From Phoronis australis (lineage: Eukaryota; Animalia; Phoronida): a DNA stretch of 64,000 nt. The stretch lies in assembly GCA_002633005.1 (NCBI GenBank), contig NMRA01000164.1, forward strand, positions 261,452 through 325,451, read 5' to 3'. The notes under the pieces were generated by a model. The model did not search any database and was not told where the DNA came from. It saw only the letters and a list, made by a program, of their open reading frames with translations. A program made the translations under genes and the position numbers. Below, piece after piece: positions 24,305 through 35,946 of this stretch (its first letter is position 1; the number at the start of each line of letters is the position of its first letter).

Positions 24305-27300
24305 ATGCCTCTTCCAAAGAAAATACCCCGTAGCGGCATATCCAGGGCCAAGGCAGCACCGGAAAGTAAGAGGATCTTAGCCAACAGATATGAAGTTGAA
24401 AAGAAACTGGGTAGTGGAAACTTTGGTACAGCATGGCTCGTGAAGGATCTGAAGTGCAAGGATCCCAAAGAGGAATGGTATGAATCAGACAATTCATTCA
24501 TTGACCTATTTTTGAAACTAGCAAAAACGCTAAGGAGCTACGGTTTTTTGCTAGCATTTTGCTTGTTGTAAATAATTGTGACTGGTTCCGTGGGTCTTAT
24601 TCGGGGGTTCTTTTGAGTTGCGCAAAAGCGGTTAGTGTTTTTTCCCTTTTGTTGCCTGATGGATTACTTCAAAGGATTCACACATGAGAAAGGAAAAATA
24701 TCCTTTGTTCATTGATGTGTTGCTGAATATATTGTACTGGAGAGTGAATGTGTTTTAATACCAATTCTTATTTTAAAAGCAATATGGGGGGTGGTGTGAG
24801 AAAACTAACTGCGGACACCATCTCTGTCTGTCTGACTAAACACATTTTTCACCGAAAAACTACAAGTGTGTTCACCGCTGATGTGAATCTAGAATTAGAC
24901 TCATTCTCTTCGTTGCCTTCAGGAAAGTTCTCAAAGAAATATCCGTTGGCGACCTGCAGCCTGATGAGACCGTGGATGCTATGGGTGAGGCCAAGCTACT
25001 GTCTAAACTTAATAATCCGGGAATCGTGAAGTTCCATGACAGTTTTATTGATGGAGAATTCTTCTGCATTGTTACTGAGTACTGCGAGGTAAGGTCAGGC
25101 TTTTGGAGGTTCTCCAAATGATGTTTCAATCAAGAACACTGTTCTGGAATACTGTGTTTTTTCAATGGGAAACAGCATGGTGTGTGTTCATTCCAGAGCT
25201 GCACTGTGAAATACGATGTTGTTTCACCATGGTGTTTGGTTCTAGAGTACTAGAAATGTTGTGGTGTTTCATTCTTTAATTTTTTAAGTTGATAGTATTG
25301 TAACATGGTTTTGTGACGATAGACATCACACGACCTCTCCATCCAGTTAGTTATTAAGTGGCTTCAAGAGAGAGTGTGAGGCCTGTTCCATCACCATATT
25401 TTCGTAGCCTACAATTATCCATCCGATGTGTGAGCTTCAATCATATCAGGAAGTCATCTGAGTCAACGTGGAGAATGATAGTTGAATGCGCCAAGATATC
25501 CTTGTGATAACAATCTTTTTAAGCTTGAATGTTTGAAAGCAAGAGTTGACAGTATATGAGGAGGTAGACTAGGGATGGAGAATGATGTCCCATTCAGCTA
25601 TTGAGGCCCAGGCTGAAGCCAGGATTTTTAACCCTTTGCTGTTATGATTGAAGTCTGTCCAGAATTGGAATGCTTCTGAGAAAATACTCGAGGTGTTTCA
25701 GATGGTGTTAAACATGCAGCTGGTGAATAGACTGTTACCAGACCCTGGGCTGAGTCTTCATTATTTTGTGACCGCTGATATTTCTGTCCTATGATTGGCC
25801 TTCAACCTCGTGCTGCATTGCTCTCCCTTGGCCCACGTAACCTGACATCACCCTCGGGATCAGTCCATGTTTGTACAGTATACATTTTGATTTATGCCTG
25901 ACCCCATGCTACATTTATTGGATACAGAAAACATATCCTACCTACACATTGCTTTAATTCAGGGAGGTGACCTAGGTGACTACATCGAAGATGTCAAAAA
26001 GAAGGGTAAACATACAGATGAGGGCCTAGTCATGGATTGGTTTGTTCAGCTTCTGTTGGCAGTCAGACATATGCATGATCGCCGAATACTCCACAGGGAC
26101 TTGAAAACAAGGTAAGCGCTATGACGAACTGATTGTTGAATACAGCCTGTGTCAGTCATTGTTTTTGCTCAGCAGAATGAAAGTAGACTGGAGATGCAGG
26201 TCTTTTGCTAAGTCGTTTACCTCGGTTTTCTATTGTTGCATATGAAGGTGTGGAGGGCTAGGTAAACAATAATTAATGCTAAATATCTCCCAAGATTCTT
26301 GTTTCAAGTAAAAGTAATATTACACTTCAACACTTCTGATGCCCAGCCAGTTCTGGACAAATCTCATGAAACAAGTGCTTGTCTGTTTATTTACAGAAAT
26401 ATTTTCTTGAGGAATAACATGGTAAAAATTGGAGATTTCGGCATCTCACGGTTATTGATGGGCACGTCAGACCTTGCAACGACGTTCACAGGCACACCGT
26501 ACTACATGAGTCCTGAAGTATTGAAGCATGAGGGATACAATTCTAAATCAGACATATGGTAAGGAAATACAGAAATGCCTAGGATTTGGATCTTATCAAG
26601 GCTTGGAATTTTCCGCGGAAACGCGGATTTCCGCTTTTTTCAAATGTTCTGTCCGCGCATTTTATTATATTTCCGCGTTAAAAAAGTCGGATTTGATATA
26701 AAATTTCCGCAGCAAATTCCTTTCTTACCACGGCGTTGCGACGACGTTCACCTCGAAAAAACGGAAGCTGCTCTTTGTGTTTCGGAGGAACGTAAATTGT
26801 CAACATTGCCGAGGCACCTGGGATAGCGTGGTGGGATTTTCAATGGCGCCTCGTGTGATTTGTAAACCGCGGTGACAAATACTACGGCTCAGCAGCCAAA
26901 AATATGTGAGGGTGGGAGTGGACAGTGGACGGACGAGGTTAAAAGACGCAGACGCATGCTACTGATGGTGGTAAGGTTTTTTTTTTAGTCCTCCCGATGT
27001 TTTTCGGCGAAAGGTTCACATGGACTATTTCAAGGCTGGGTAACGCGCATGTTTTGGGCTGTAAAAGTTTCTGCGTTTTTTGTCATTGGTCATTCCAAGC
27101 CCTGATCTTATGCTATTGATGATTCATAGTGTTTATCTCTTTTATGTTAGGCATTTTGTTTTGTTTAATGTGTGAAATTACTCATACAAGCTAACTATAT
27201 TGTAGTCCTCGCATGCTCTTTTATTTGTTATTAGTTGCATGCCTCTAGTGGCTGCCGTTGTGTGAGGAACATAACTTGAAACATATATTGTGCCCAAAAA

Positions 27301-30300
27301 TGTTTTTGTTTCCCAGTGTTTAGTTTGGGGTTTAATAATCCAGTTGAACTAACAGCACAAAAATTTGGAGCAGTCATATATTAAAGTGATGATCATTTAA
27401 ATCAGCTGATGGCAATGCCTGAATCAAGGTCATACATTGAGAATAGTTCGTTGTAAGCCTGTCTGTAGAGTATAGGTCATTATTAATTATCAAGTTTCCA
27501 CATATACATAATGTGGGTAGATAGTGAGGCCTCACACTCTGAAGCTTGTGACCGAATTACATTGTTTGAATTGATTAGACGATGATAATCCACAAAAGAT
27601 TTTGCACCGCCTGCCCTTAATTATTGACGAGAAGCCTGTAATCTCATTGCAGACTTGCGAGACATTAGCTGCAAAGGCACTTGTCTAGAATTTTCTGTGC
27701 ACCGTACATGCTAATGGTTTTTATTAACGATTTCTTGCAAGCATTTTATAGTAGGAGTGTGATGGAGTGTGATGGAATGTGATGTTGCAACGACTGCAGT
27801 CTGCTTCTAACCAATGCATCATTCTTTCACAGGTTAAATAATAGGCTGTATCTTGTATGAGGTTTGTGCCTACATGCATTGGTGGAAATTCTTGTAAAAC
27901 ATCACAATAAATACTTTATTCTGTTACAGGTCGATAGGCTGTATATTATATGAGGTGTGTGCTCAGAAACATGCCTTTGGTGGCCAAGGTTTGATGGCTG
28001 TCATGTACAAGATAATAGAAGGCGCGGTGCCAGCCTTACCACAGGGCTACTCCAAGGAGTTGACTGAAATTTTTGTCAAGTGAGTTACTTTTATATTGAT
28101 GAACATTTCACAGGTAGGCAAGTGGGATTCGGATAGTTCATTCCACAAAATCTCTGTAAGTACCATGATTAATTTCGGACAAAAATAACTGGAAAAATAT
28201 CGACCTTCAACATTCAAAGACCTCTCACACTTTTGTGAGTGCTCACCAATTTTTCGAAATATCACTTCCTGGTGGTAGCTGTAGTATTGAATGTAAAAGT
28301 AACATTTATTTGGGACTGGAGTTGTATGGTGCTACCTGTACAACATGAAAAGGTAATCTTTTACCTGCCCACCATATTATGCCCTTTGTGAGATTTCACT
28401 GTGAAAAGTCCTTTTTGGTTTTTACCTGTTAAGTAAATGCAATATTGGATTGAATCTGTCAATTGTGGACACCTAAATTTTCAAATATTTTCTGCTTCAA
28501 AGCCTTTTCCTGTTGTAGTCAACTAGACAACAAATTTTGTATTTTGAATTTCTGTACTTGCACACCATGGGCATTAATGCAGATGTATATTGTAATGTTT
28601 ATGTTTGATTGTAGAATGCTGATAAAAGATCCCTCAAAAAGGCCATCTGCCTCAGAACTGCTGAAAATGCCCATTATTGAAAAACATATGAAGGTAGTTG
28701 TCGTCCTTTACACGTGTTGAATAGATTGATTCTTCTTCATAGTTGTGATATCATTTTGTGTGTATTCGTACTGTTGCGTTTCAGCTTCAGTTTGAAAGTT
28801 TTGTTCAGATCAATAATTTTATTGTTGTCATAACTGAATGGGTTACTCGTAATGCACTAGTTTGCATTTGTGTAACAATGGTCTTAATTGTAGAAATGCA
28901 TGTAAGCACATCATATATGACTCTTATCCCATGACTTGCAGTTTATTTCAATGATAAAAAGAGGAGCATTTGTCTGTCAGTGGCAGTGAATATTGACTCA
29001 CCCAATATTAAATTTGAAGGTCATTATAGTCTTGTGGTACGGAATGAGGCTTAAAGGGTCATTGCCTTCTTACGCACGACTTAAAATGGAAATTACTCCT
29101 ATCCGTACTAACCATGCCACAAAAGTAGTTCATACCAGGATAGATTTCCATTAAAATGGCACTTTAATGGAAATCCCCCCTTAAACAGCTTTTAACTTTC
29201 ATTCAGTTACACTGTCAAACATGCAAGTCAATACTCCTGCTTCATTTTGTTTGTGTTTATTGGAAAGTCTGTTAGTCAATATGACCTCAATGTTTTGTTC
29301 AAAAATGTCAAAGTTGCATTTTGTCCAGTTGGCTAAAACGAACATCGAATTAGGCCCTCTACTCTCATAAACTCTGTCTCGCAATACTTCCTATTGTAAC
29401 GGGGTTATATTTCCGTTTTTATCTAGAACATGGAAACCATCAGCAACTTGAGAAAACTCTTCATAGTTTATTGGGGTTGACCAATCCTAAAATTTCAAGT
29501 TTGTAAATGGTGCGTCTGTGCATTGCTTGTGACTTGAGTTTACATGACTTGTTATCGTTACAAACCCTAAAGCGCTTTGGTTAAGAATTTAACATTGACA
29601 GCTTAGCAGCGGCGAAATGTCCCTTTGAAGCTGCTGTACATTCTCCTGTCACAAAAAAAACGACTTCTGATTTTGTTTATCTAGTATTGGAGAGAACTGA
29701 CTGTTGGTTATTGCTGGCTACCAGGCTCTACAAGTTCACTTGTCACGCCAGGTTATTTCTGTATGCCGAGCATGATCTCAAGCAATAATGAACTGTCAAT
29801 TCTTTTCCAAGATCAGAAGTCACTTCTCATCTATTCTGTGGTCCAAATCAGAAGTTAGTTTCTTTGAAGGGTTGCTGGTTTACAGCCGTTTTAAGCTACA
29901 TATGAAAGCTGTTACTACCAAAATTCATCATGTTAAGCATGTCACATGATAGTCATGGCAGGTATGATATTTAATATACTGCGAGAAATATGTTACTGCA
30001 AGACATGCAAGTGTGTGCACTTCTTTCAATACATATAACTTTTGTCCGCCTGCTTTTTTCAGAAAATGACAAACTTGATGTCTGATCATCGAAGTGCTAA
30101 GGAGCTGACCGAAAGTGCCAAAAAAGAAGCCGAAGAAATTGACAAGGAATTGTAAGCTTTGTATTTTGTTATCTCTTTGTATAGTGTAATCTCTTTGTAT
30201 CATGTTGTCCCTTTGTATTGTGTTAACTCTTTGTATTGGGTTATGTCTTTGTATCATGCTGTATCATAATGGTGGATGCCTTGTTAAACTGAATTAAACC

Positions 30301-33300
30301 CGGTAAATGTCCAGTTGCAATCTTTGCTACATTGCAATTCTTTGCATGAGTTTCAGGTCAATAGCCACTTCCAGGGGTCTCACATTTTGAGAACCAATTT
30401 CATGCCTGTTATTCAGTGTAGAAAACTGGTTCTCAAAATTCAGAACTCTTGTAAGTGACTAGTTCTGGTTTCAGTTTTACACGTTTCTCATATGTTAAAC
30501 TGATGGAGACTACTTTAACAATTCCGCTATTGTCATGAATGACAGTTAATGGTTTCCCTAGAGGTCGTGAAATGCCAGATGATTTACAAATCAATAGTTG
30601 CGTTTAGCCTTTCTTTTGTGTGTTTAGAAAAAAGAAGACACGTCGACAAGACTTGCAGGCGAATGATGCTGAAAAACATCTAACCCCACGAGAACGCATG
30701 AGATTACGGAAACAGCATGAGGCAGATATGAAAGCAACAAAATTAAAGTAAGACATCAATAGCTGTAGAGAGATTAGTTGGAATGGTGGCTTTGTTAAAA
30801 GTGTTCTGTCCGTAGATAATTACGCTAATCATATAATAAGTTATAATTATCATTATCCCTTTCTAACAGACATTTAAAAATGTCTTGTGTAAAGCCCAGC
30901 CTAGTTTTAATGGACTGAATTTTATATGTTACTTTTGCTTGAATGTGATTTTTATTTCATAACAGGAAGTAATTTCAGAGGTTAGATAGTTGGTTAATTA
31001 GTCCAATACTTGTATTTCTCAATAATGAGCATGTTTGCCATTTGCAGTGCATAGATGTAGGCATGGTTATAGAGATAATGGGCATTCTGGTATCTTTTGA
31101 TCCAAGTTTAATTTTGCATGACGTGAAGTGTGACATGGTCTGACAACATCTTGTGTCATATGTGATTCTCTGTTGCGAAGTGCATCAATGCTGTATTTTA
31201 ACAGAGAAGCTGCTGAATTGAACTTGATAGAAAACCAGACGCGGAAGGTACGCCGGTCCATCGAGGAGAACCAATACGTCCCCCCTCCCTGGGATGCACG
31301 AAATGTAGGAGGCGCCCCAAAGTTCCAGGTGCCAATAGAGAGGTTGACTGATGTAGGATACAAAAACAGACCTTCGACGGCGCCAGGTATATGATGGTCT
31401 TTTTTATCTGCAAAGGTTATATTCAAGGTCATACTTAAGTTTGTAGTTCTGACGTCACTACATTTTAATGATAAAATTAAAGGTCTATTTGATTTTGATT
31501 CTTGTTGTGGAGCTTGAATTGTCACTGGCATTGAGATTTCAATTCTTCATTAACGAAACCAGTAGAGAACATTCACAATACTTGCTGTTTTCACCAGTAT
31601 ACTAAATGTATGATTTAGGGAAGGAGAGTGTTACAGTTTGATGCAAAAATACGCTGTTGATATTATAAAAATGATTATTATGGAAAATATAATTTACGTT
31701 AAATATTGCTTGCCAAAAATTAATGCAAACAAAATATTTGGTTGTAACAATGGTTGGGTGAAAAAGCATTATTCAACCCTTTGATTATTGCCTTTTTTAC
31801 ATTATTAACAATATGATTAAACTGGCATCAGCTTTAATATTATTGTGATTTTTTAACGGAAATATCCATGTACTTCTGTCATGGCTGACGTTTTGATTAA
31901 CAGCATAAAAGACAGGCGATAACTCCTCACCTCTGTTTTTTTCCGCTTCAAAAAACCAACTTCTTTACTTGCTTTCAGAGGTATGGGGATGGGGAAAGGT
32001 GTACATTTTATGAATTTGATAAAATGACGATAAATGTAAGTGGGCCCTTAGGTGAGAAGTATTGGATGTTACAATTTAGTGGTAATTTACAAAGTTTTAA
32101 TTTTCTGTATTCGCCACATCTAGTAGGTCATCATGAGGTCAAAAATAACTCTTTCCAGAGTATCCTCCCGATAGAGACAACAGTGACAGTGAGAACGAAA
32201 GTACGCTAGTTGAAATGAAGACTACACCCATCACTAGCATTGAAAGGAATTTGTTACAAGTGAAGACTGGAGCAGATGACAGGCCGATCACGCCAATGAA
32301 AAATAAAATGGTCTATGATGTGCGCAATTCTACTCTCGATTTTAAGGATGGTGAGACATTTTATACACTACTTTTTGATGGACCTCTCGTTTAGAGGATT
32401 GTGGGCTATACACTTTCCTCGCCATCTGTTGGCTGCAAGTGTAGTTGTGTTTCATTGGTTGGTTTCATTCTGCAAGGAACTCCAGTGTCCCACAATCCAT
32501 TGCAGATATCCCATAAATTTTTGTCCATAGAAAGGTCAATACTGACTTGCCGTAGTACATTTTTGGAAAAATGCCTGACTGAAGCATGAATATTTGTGTA
32601 TGGGCCCAACTGAACCCTTTGCTCCTGCCCGCAATGGCTGTAGTAAAAATGTGGGCCTACTGTACTGGGGCTATTACGAACATCTGGCTTTTGGACACTG
32701 TGATAGTATTCAAGCACTGACAGCAATAAAAGTTGTTTGGTTTGGGACACCATTTGTCTGTCAAAAATAACTTTTTTAAGATTTTTTACCAAATAAATGT
32801 TTTAGTTTCTTGTTACATTGTTTGTACAGTTTAGCTTCACTGTATAACGTTTGGTAAAATTTTGAGCATTTCTAGCAATGTAGCTACCCATTGAAAATTT
32901 TAAAAAATTGCAGTACAAGAATTATTTTTGTCTCAAATGGAAATATTTGCCATAATTCTTCTGTCTGTCTTATTTATATCAGATGTGTAATTATGCTGCT
33001 GCTAATCTTTGACCCTGTTACTCCACTCTCTAGGTATCCCTGATGACCCTAAGTTAGCTGAGACGTACTACTCACAATATGAAGACTTTGATGACGATGG
33101 TGATGGTGATGATGATGATGAGAGGGATGGTGGTGATGGTGATAGGACCATGAGTGGCAGCGATGACGAGAATGGTTACGAGATGGGGACTGATGAGGAC
33201 GCGCTGGCCCAACTGATGTCAGAGCAGTTAGGGAGAGAGGACCCCGGTGAGTAGACGTGACTCGCATTTTACGCGGAAATGACACCAATATATTTGTTTA

Positions 33301-35272
33301 TTTATTTATTGAACTTCATTAAAAGACAAGGTGGCAGTGGAAAATATGGCAGAGTCATAATTGTCACTGTAGCTAGGCTGATGATGTTGGGACAACCATG
33401 CTTTTAAGGACTGCTTAGTTCAGTAATGACTTGTAATTTTCTGCATATTAAACACGTACTGAGTGAGTCATAACATACATCACTTTAAATACATACAAAG
33501 TTTTAAAAAATTTTAGTGGATGTTTGGCCATTTTAATGCATTTATATGTTAGTCCACTTCGGTCTTCAATTAGAACTGCTAATGAATCCAATGTTTCTTA
33601 ATTGCCTTTCAGCTGACAAAAGTATGACCGTGTTAGACGACTCTGTAGCCGGGGCATATGGACCTACAGTACGAGACACGAAGATCAAAAATCTCAGAGC
33701 GTATCCTTTTATTTATTTGCTGTAGCATCTCACCAAGGACACAATATGGTGGATAAGCGGATGTTTTCGTAAAGTTAGGTAGCATCAAATAAACTTATCA
33801 TCATTATCAAGTTCTAGACTGTAACTACTATCAGGTGATGTTTTTTGAGAAATTGTGGCCAATCACTACAGTGTTAGAGACCTTTGACATATGAAGGTAT
33901 TGTTTGTGACAATTTTGTCTCACATTGGGGAGATTTTCCTTAGATGGTGCTATCTTGCTGTTATCATCAAAAAACTTTTTGGTGCATTTCCTTTATACTG
34001 ATGTCTTAAATAAGCAAATTATGAAACGAGACTGAGTAACTCCAAGTCTTTGCCTTAAAAATATTGTGCGCCAAACTTCCTCTTTTTTTGAAATGGTAAG
34101 GATAGTCATCTTTTAAAAAAATAATTCCAGGCAGTCTGGTACACGTTGTACCAGACATACGCAGGCTGCTCATGTGGGCCCATAGCACTGATCACCTGGA
34201 ACCTCTGTTATGCTTATCAATGTATAGTTAACATGAAGCTGAGGACTGACTCAGGGGTCTAGTAGTGGGACTCAAACCCGCAACCTTGAGGAAAGGAAGC
34301 AGATACTTATCACACTAGACCACACTGCCTCATCTTCAGTGTATGTATAGTTCACGAAAAGTAATCATACAAAATTACCCAGTATTCCCCATCATGACGA
34401 CAAAGTTCAAGTGCAATTCATTGTTATGGTATTTGGTGTGTCTTGATGAGGAATGATGGCAAATTTATTGGAGTGTTCGACCACGGTTCATCATTTTGAG
34501 TCATTTTCACTGTCAACAGTATTAGTTGTCAGGGGGAGAAAGGTATTTAGTGTTATTACATTTCGGTCTTGGCTATAAAACCATTGGGGGTAACAAAACA
34601 ATTACCTTCTCACCCAGGACCCTGAACCCTTTGTTAAGCTGTGTTTACTTATACAGGCCAACTGTGAGGATTGTGTGACTAAGGGCAGGGTTCACAAAGA
34701 ACTACTTTCACTAACCTTGTCTGTCAATTCCAAAAAGGCCCATGGTGTGTGAACAACATCCGTAATTTACAACTTTGCCCAAAATTCTAAGCCACTATCC
34801 GGACTAGTTACCCCTTCCAAGCCCAACATGTTATTCTTGGCATGTAGTGTAATCTCATTTCACTGTTTGATGTATCTCTGAAGGTCCGTTAATTTGCTTT
34901 TATTTCAAGTGTCTCTGTTTTATCCTTTTATTTTTCATTGCTGTTTTATTCTTGTATCTTTTTAAAGTTGTGAAGTGCTTGACAATAATTTTATGAGAGG
35001 TTCATAGCATTGATAAATTTATGGTACAAAGTTGTCATGTTAGTTGCATTCCTTGACACTGAAATAGTCAATGTGAAAAGAAGCTGGGTAAAAAGCCCTT
35101 TCAACAGGCGTATGATTACCTTCACAAAGCGAGGTTTGGTGACGAGGCTGGTAATACCATGAATGAGAATCAGATTATGAACGGTCTGCGCAACTTTGTC
35201 TCCAATCCCAGTGATTGCTTCCTGGTGGATCAACTGCTGTTTTTGGAAGAACAAGCAAAGATTGGAAAGTGA
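24305..35272 (+). CDS. NEK11: NIMA-related serine/threonine kinase NEK11, ~655 aa, 13 coding exons
   Basis: Exons 24305-24477, 24923-25088, 25963-26111, 26397-26558, 27930-28079, 28615-28693, 30063-30151, 30628-30747, 31205-31386, 32159-32350, 33034-33246, 33613-33700, 35068-35272; sum 1968 nt, phases consistent. Motifs LGSGNFG, KVLKEISVGDLQPDET, HRDLK, DFGISRLLMGTSDLATTFTGTPYYMSPE, LTPRERMRLRK, IPDDPKLAETYY and C-terminal SDCFLVDQLLFLEEQ are NEK11-characteristic. The exon 9-10 region is least certain. Confidence 0.93.
26597..27104 (+). mobile_element. hAT-like MITE in NEK11 intron
   Basis: TIRs CAAGGCTTGGAAT / ATTCCAAGCCCTG; flanking duplication (G)ATCTTAT of 7-8 bp; CpG-rich interior with CCGCG/GCGG subterminal motifs. 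Confidence 0.75.
27823..27885 (+). pseudogene. Decayed tandem duplicate of the acceptor and 5' part of NEK11 coding exon 5
   Basis: tctttcacag-gttaaata-ATAGGCTGTATCTTGTATGAGGTTTGTGCC-tacatgcattggtgg versus the functional tctgttacag-gtcg-ATAGGCTGTATATTATATGAGGTGTGTGCT-cagaaacatgcctttggtgg about 97 nt downstream. Confidence 0.75.
30157..30260. repeat. 18-bp minisatellite, ~6 degenerate copies
   Basis: Unit CTTTGTATnnTGTTATCT starting just after the exon 7 donor of NEK11. Confidence 0.8.
30362..30461. mobile_element. Short hairpin MITE (GAGAACCAG family), copy 3, diverged
   Basis: ATTTTGAGAACCA...TGGTTCTCAAAAT inner arms and TAGCCACTT...AAGTGACTA outer arms. The loop shares GTTATTCAGTG with copy 2. 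Confidence 0.6.
33701..35067 (+). other. U12-type (minor spliceosome) GT-AG intron, last intron of NEK11
   Basis: 5' splice site GTATCCTTT at 33701. Branch site TTCCTTGAC at 35049-35057, branch A 11 nt before the end of the intron; no polypyrimidine tract. Splicing joins LRA|QCEKKLG in frame. Confidence 0.9.
34130..34330 (-). mobile_element. tRNA-derived SINE
   Basis: Minus-strand head AGGCAGTGTGGTCTAGTG (A box)...GGTTTGAGTCCC (B-box-like). Related head on + at 63003-63064. The 3' boundary is approximate. Confidence 0.6.
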
Positions 35273-35719
35273 TTTCGCAAAGCGACATCGCCGCAAGTGA
35301 AAAGTTTGTGAGAATGAAAGTGTTATGGTCTCGTTGAACTTGCATCCTATTGTGCTAGTCACTCGTGAGACGTGTTAAGAAGTCATGAGTATGCTAGGTG
35401 TTTACATGTTATTTACTCCCACAATTCAACATTCCTGCATAGCCATCCAATCACTTTGAGTGGTGGCCATTTTGTTAGTGAAAGCTAGAAAGGTCACGAG
35501 CTTCCTCACGAAACCGTACTAAGATATCCCCCTTTAACTCACTCAATGATTTCATTTTAGTGACCTTACTAAATGCCCTCTTTTTAGTGTTTCTTCTGCA
35601 TCAAAAGAAAGTCACTTGTTGCTTAGGAATCCCATAGTCATGATATGACTGAGCATTGAAAATTAATTTTTAGATTTTGTACGTCAAGACAAGCTAAGAC
35701 GTGAACATTTTTGGATGTG

Positions 35720-35946
35720 GAAAAATTAATAAAACTATTACTGGACTTACGGTTACACAGAGATGGCTATGTTACGTCCTCCTCTCGAGGACTTCATCAG
35801 GCCACTGAGTTGTCACGTCCTCCTCTCGAGGACTTCATCAGGCCACTGAGTTGTCACATCGAGAGGAGGACGTAACATAGCCAGTAATAGATTTATTAAT
35901 TTTTCTGCCTTATTACTCAACTGGATGACTGAAAACATTCATCGTA
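35720..35946. mobile_element. Penelope-like retroelement terminal-repeat remnant (inverted plus tandem) with minimal hammerhead motifs
   Basis: Inverted arms 35721-35788 / 35859-35904; 41-bp tandem duplication 35774-35855. Minus strand reads TGGC-CTGATGA-A-GTCCTC-GAGAG-GAGGAC-GTAAC-ATA-GCCA. Downstream AAGTCCAGT and CTGGATGACTGAAAAC motifs recall Penelope pseudo-LTRs. Confidence 0.6.

Noticed and set aside
33049-33288. Poly-His ORF on the minus strand
   Set aside because: Antisense shadow of the GAT/GGT-rich acidic NEK11 exon.
34261-34330. Possible tRNA gene
   Set aside because: A/B boxes are present but there is no convincing cloverleaf or acceptor stem; treated as a SINE head.
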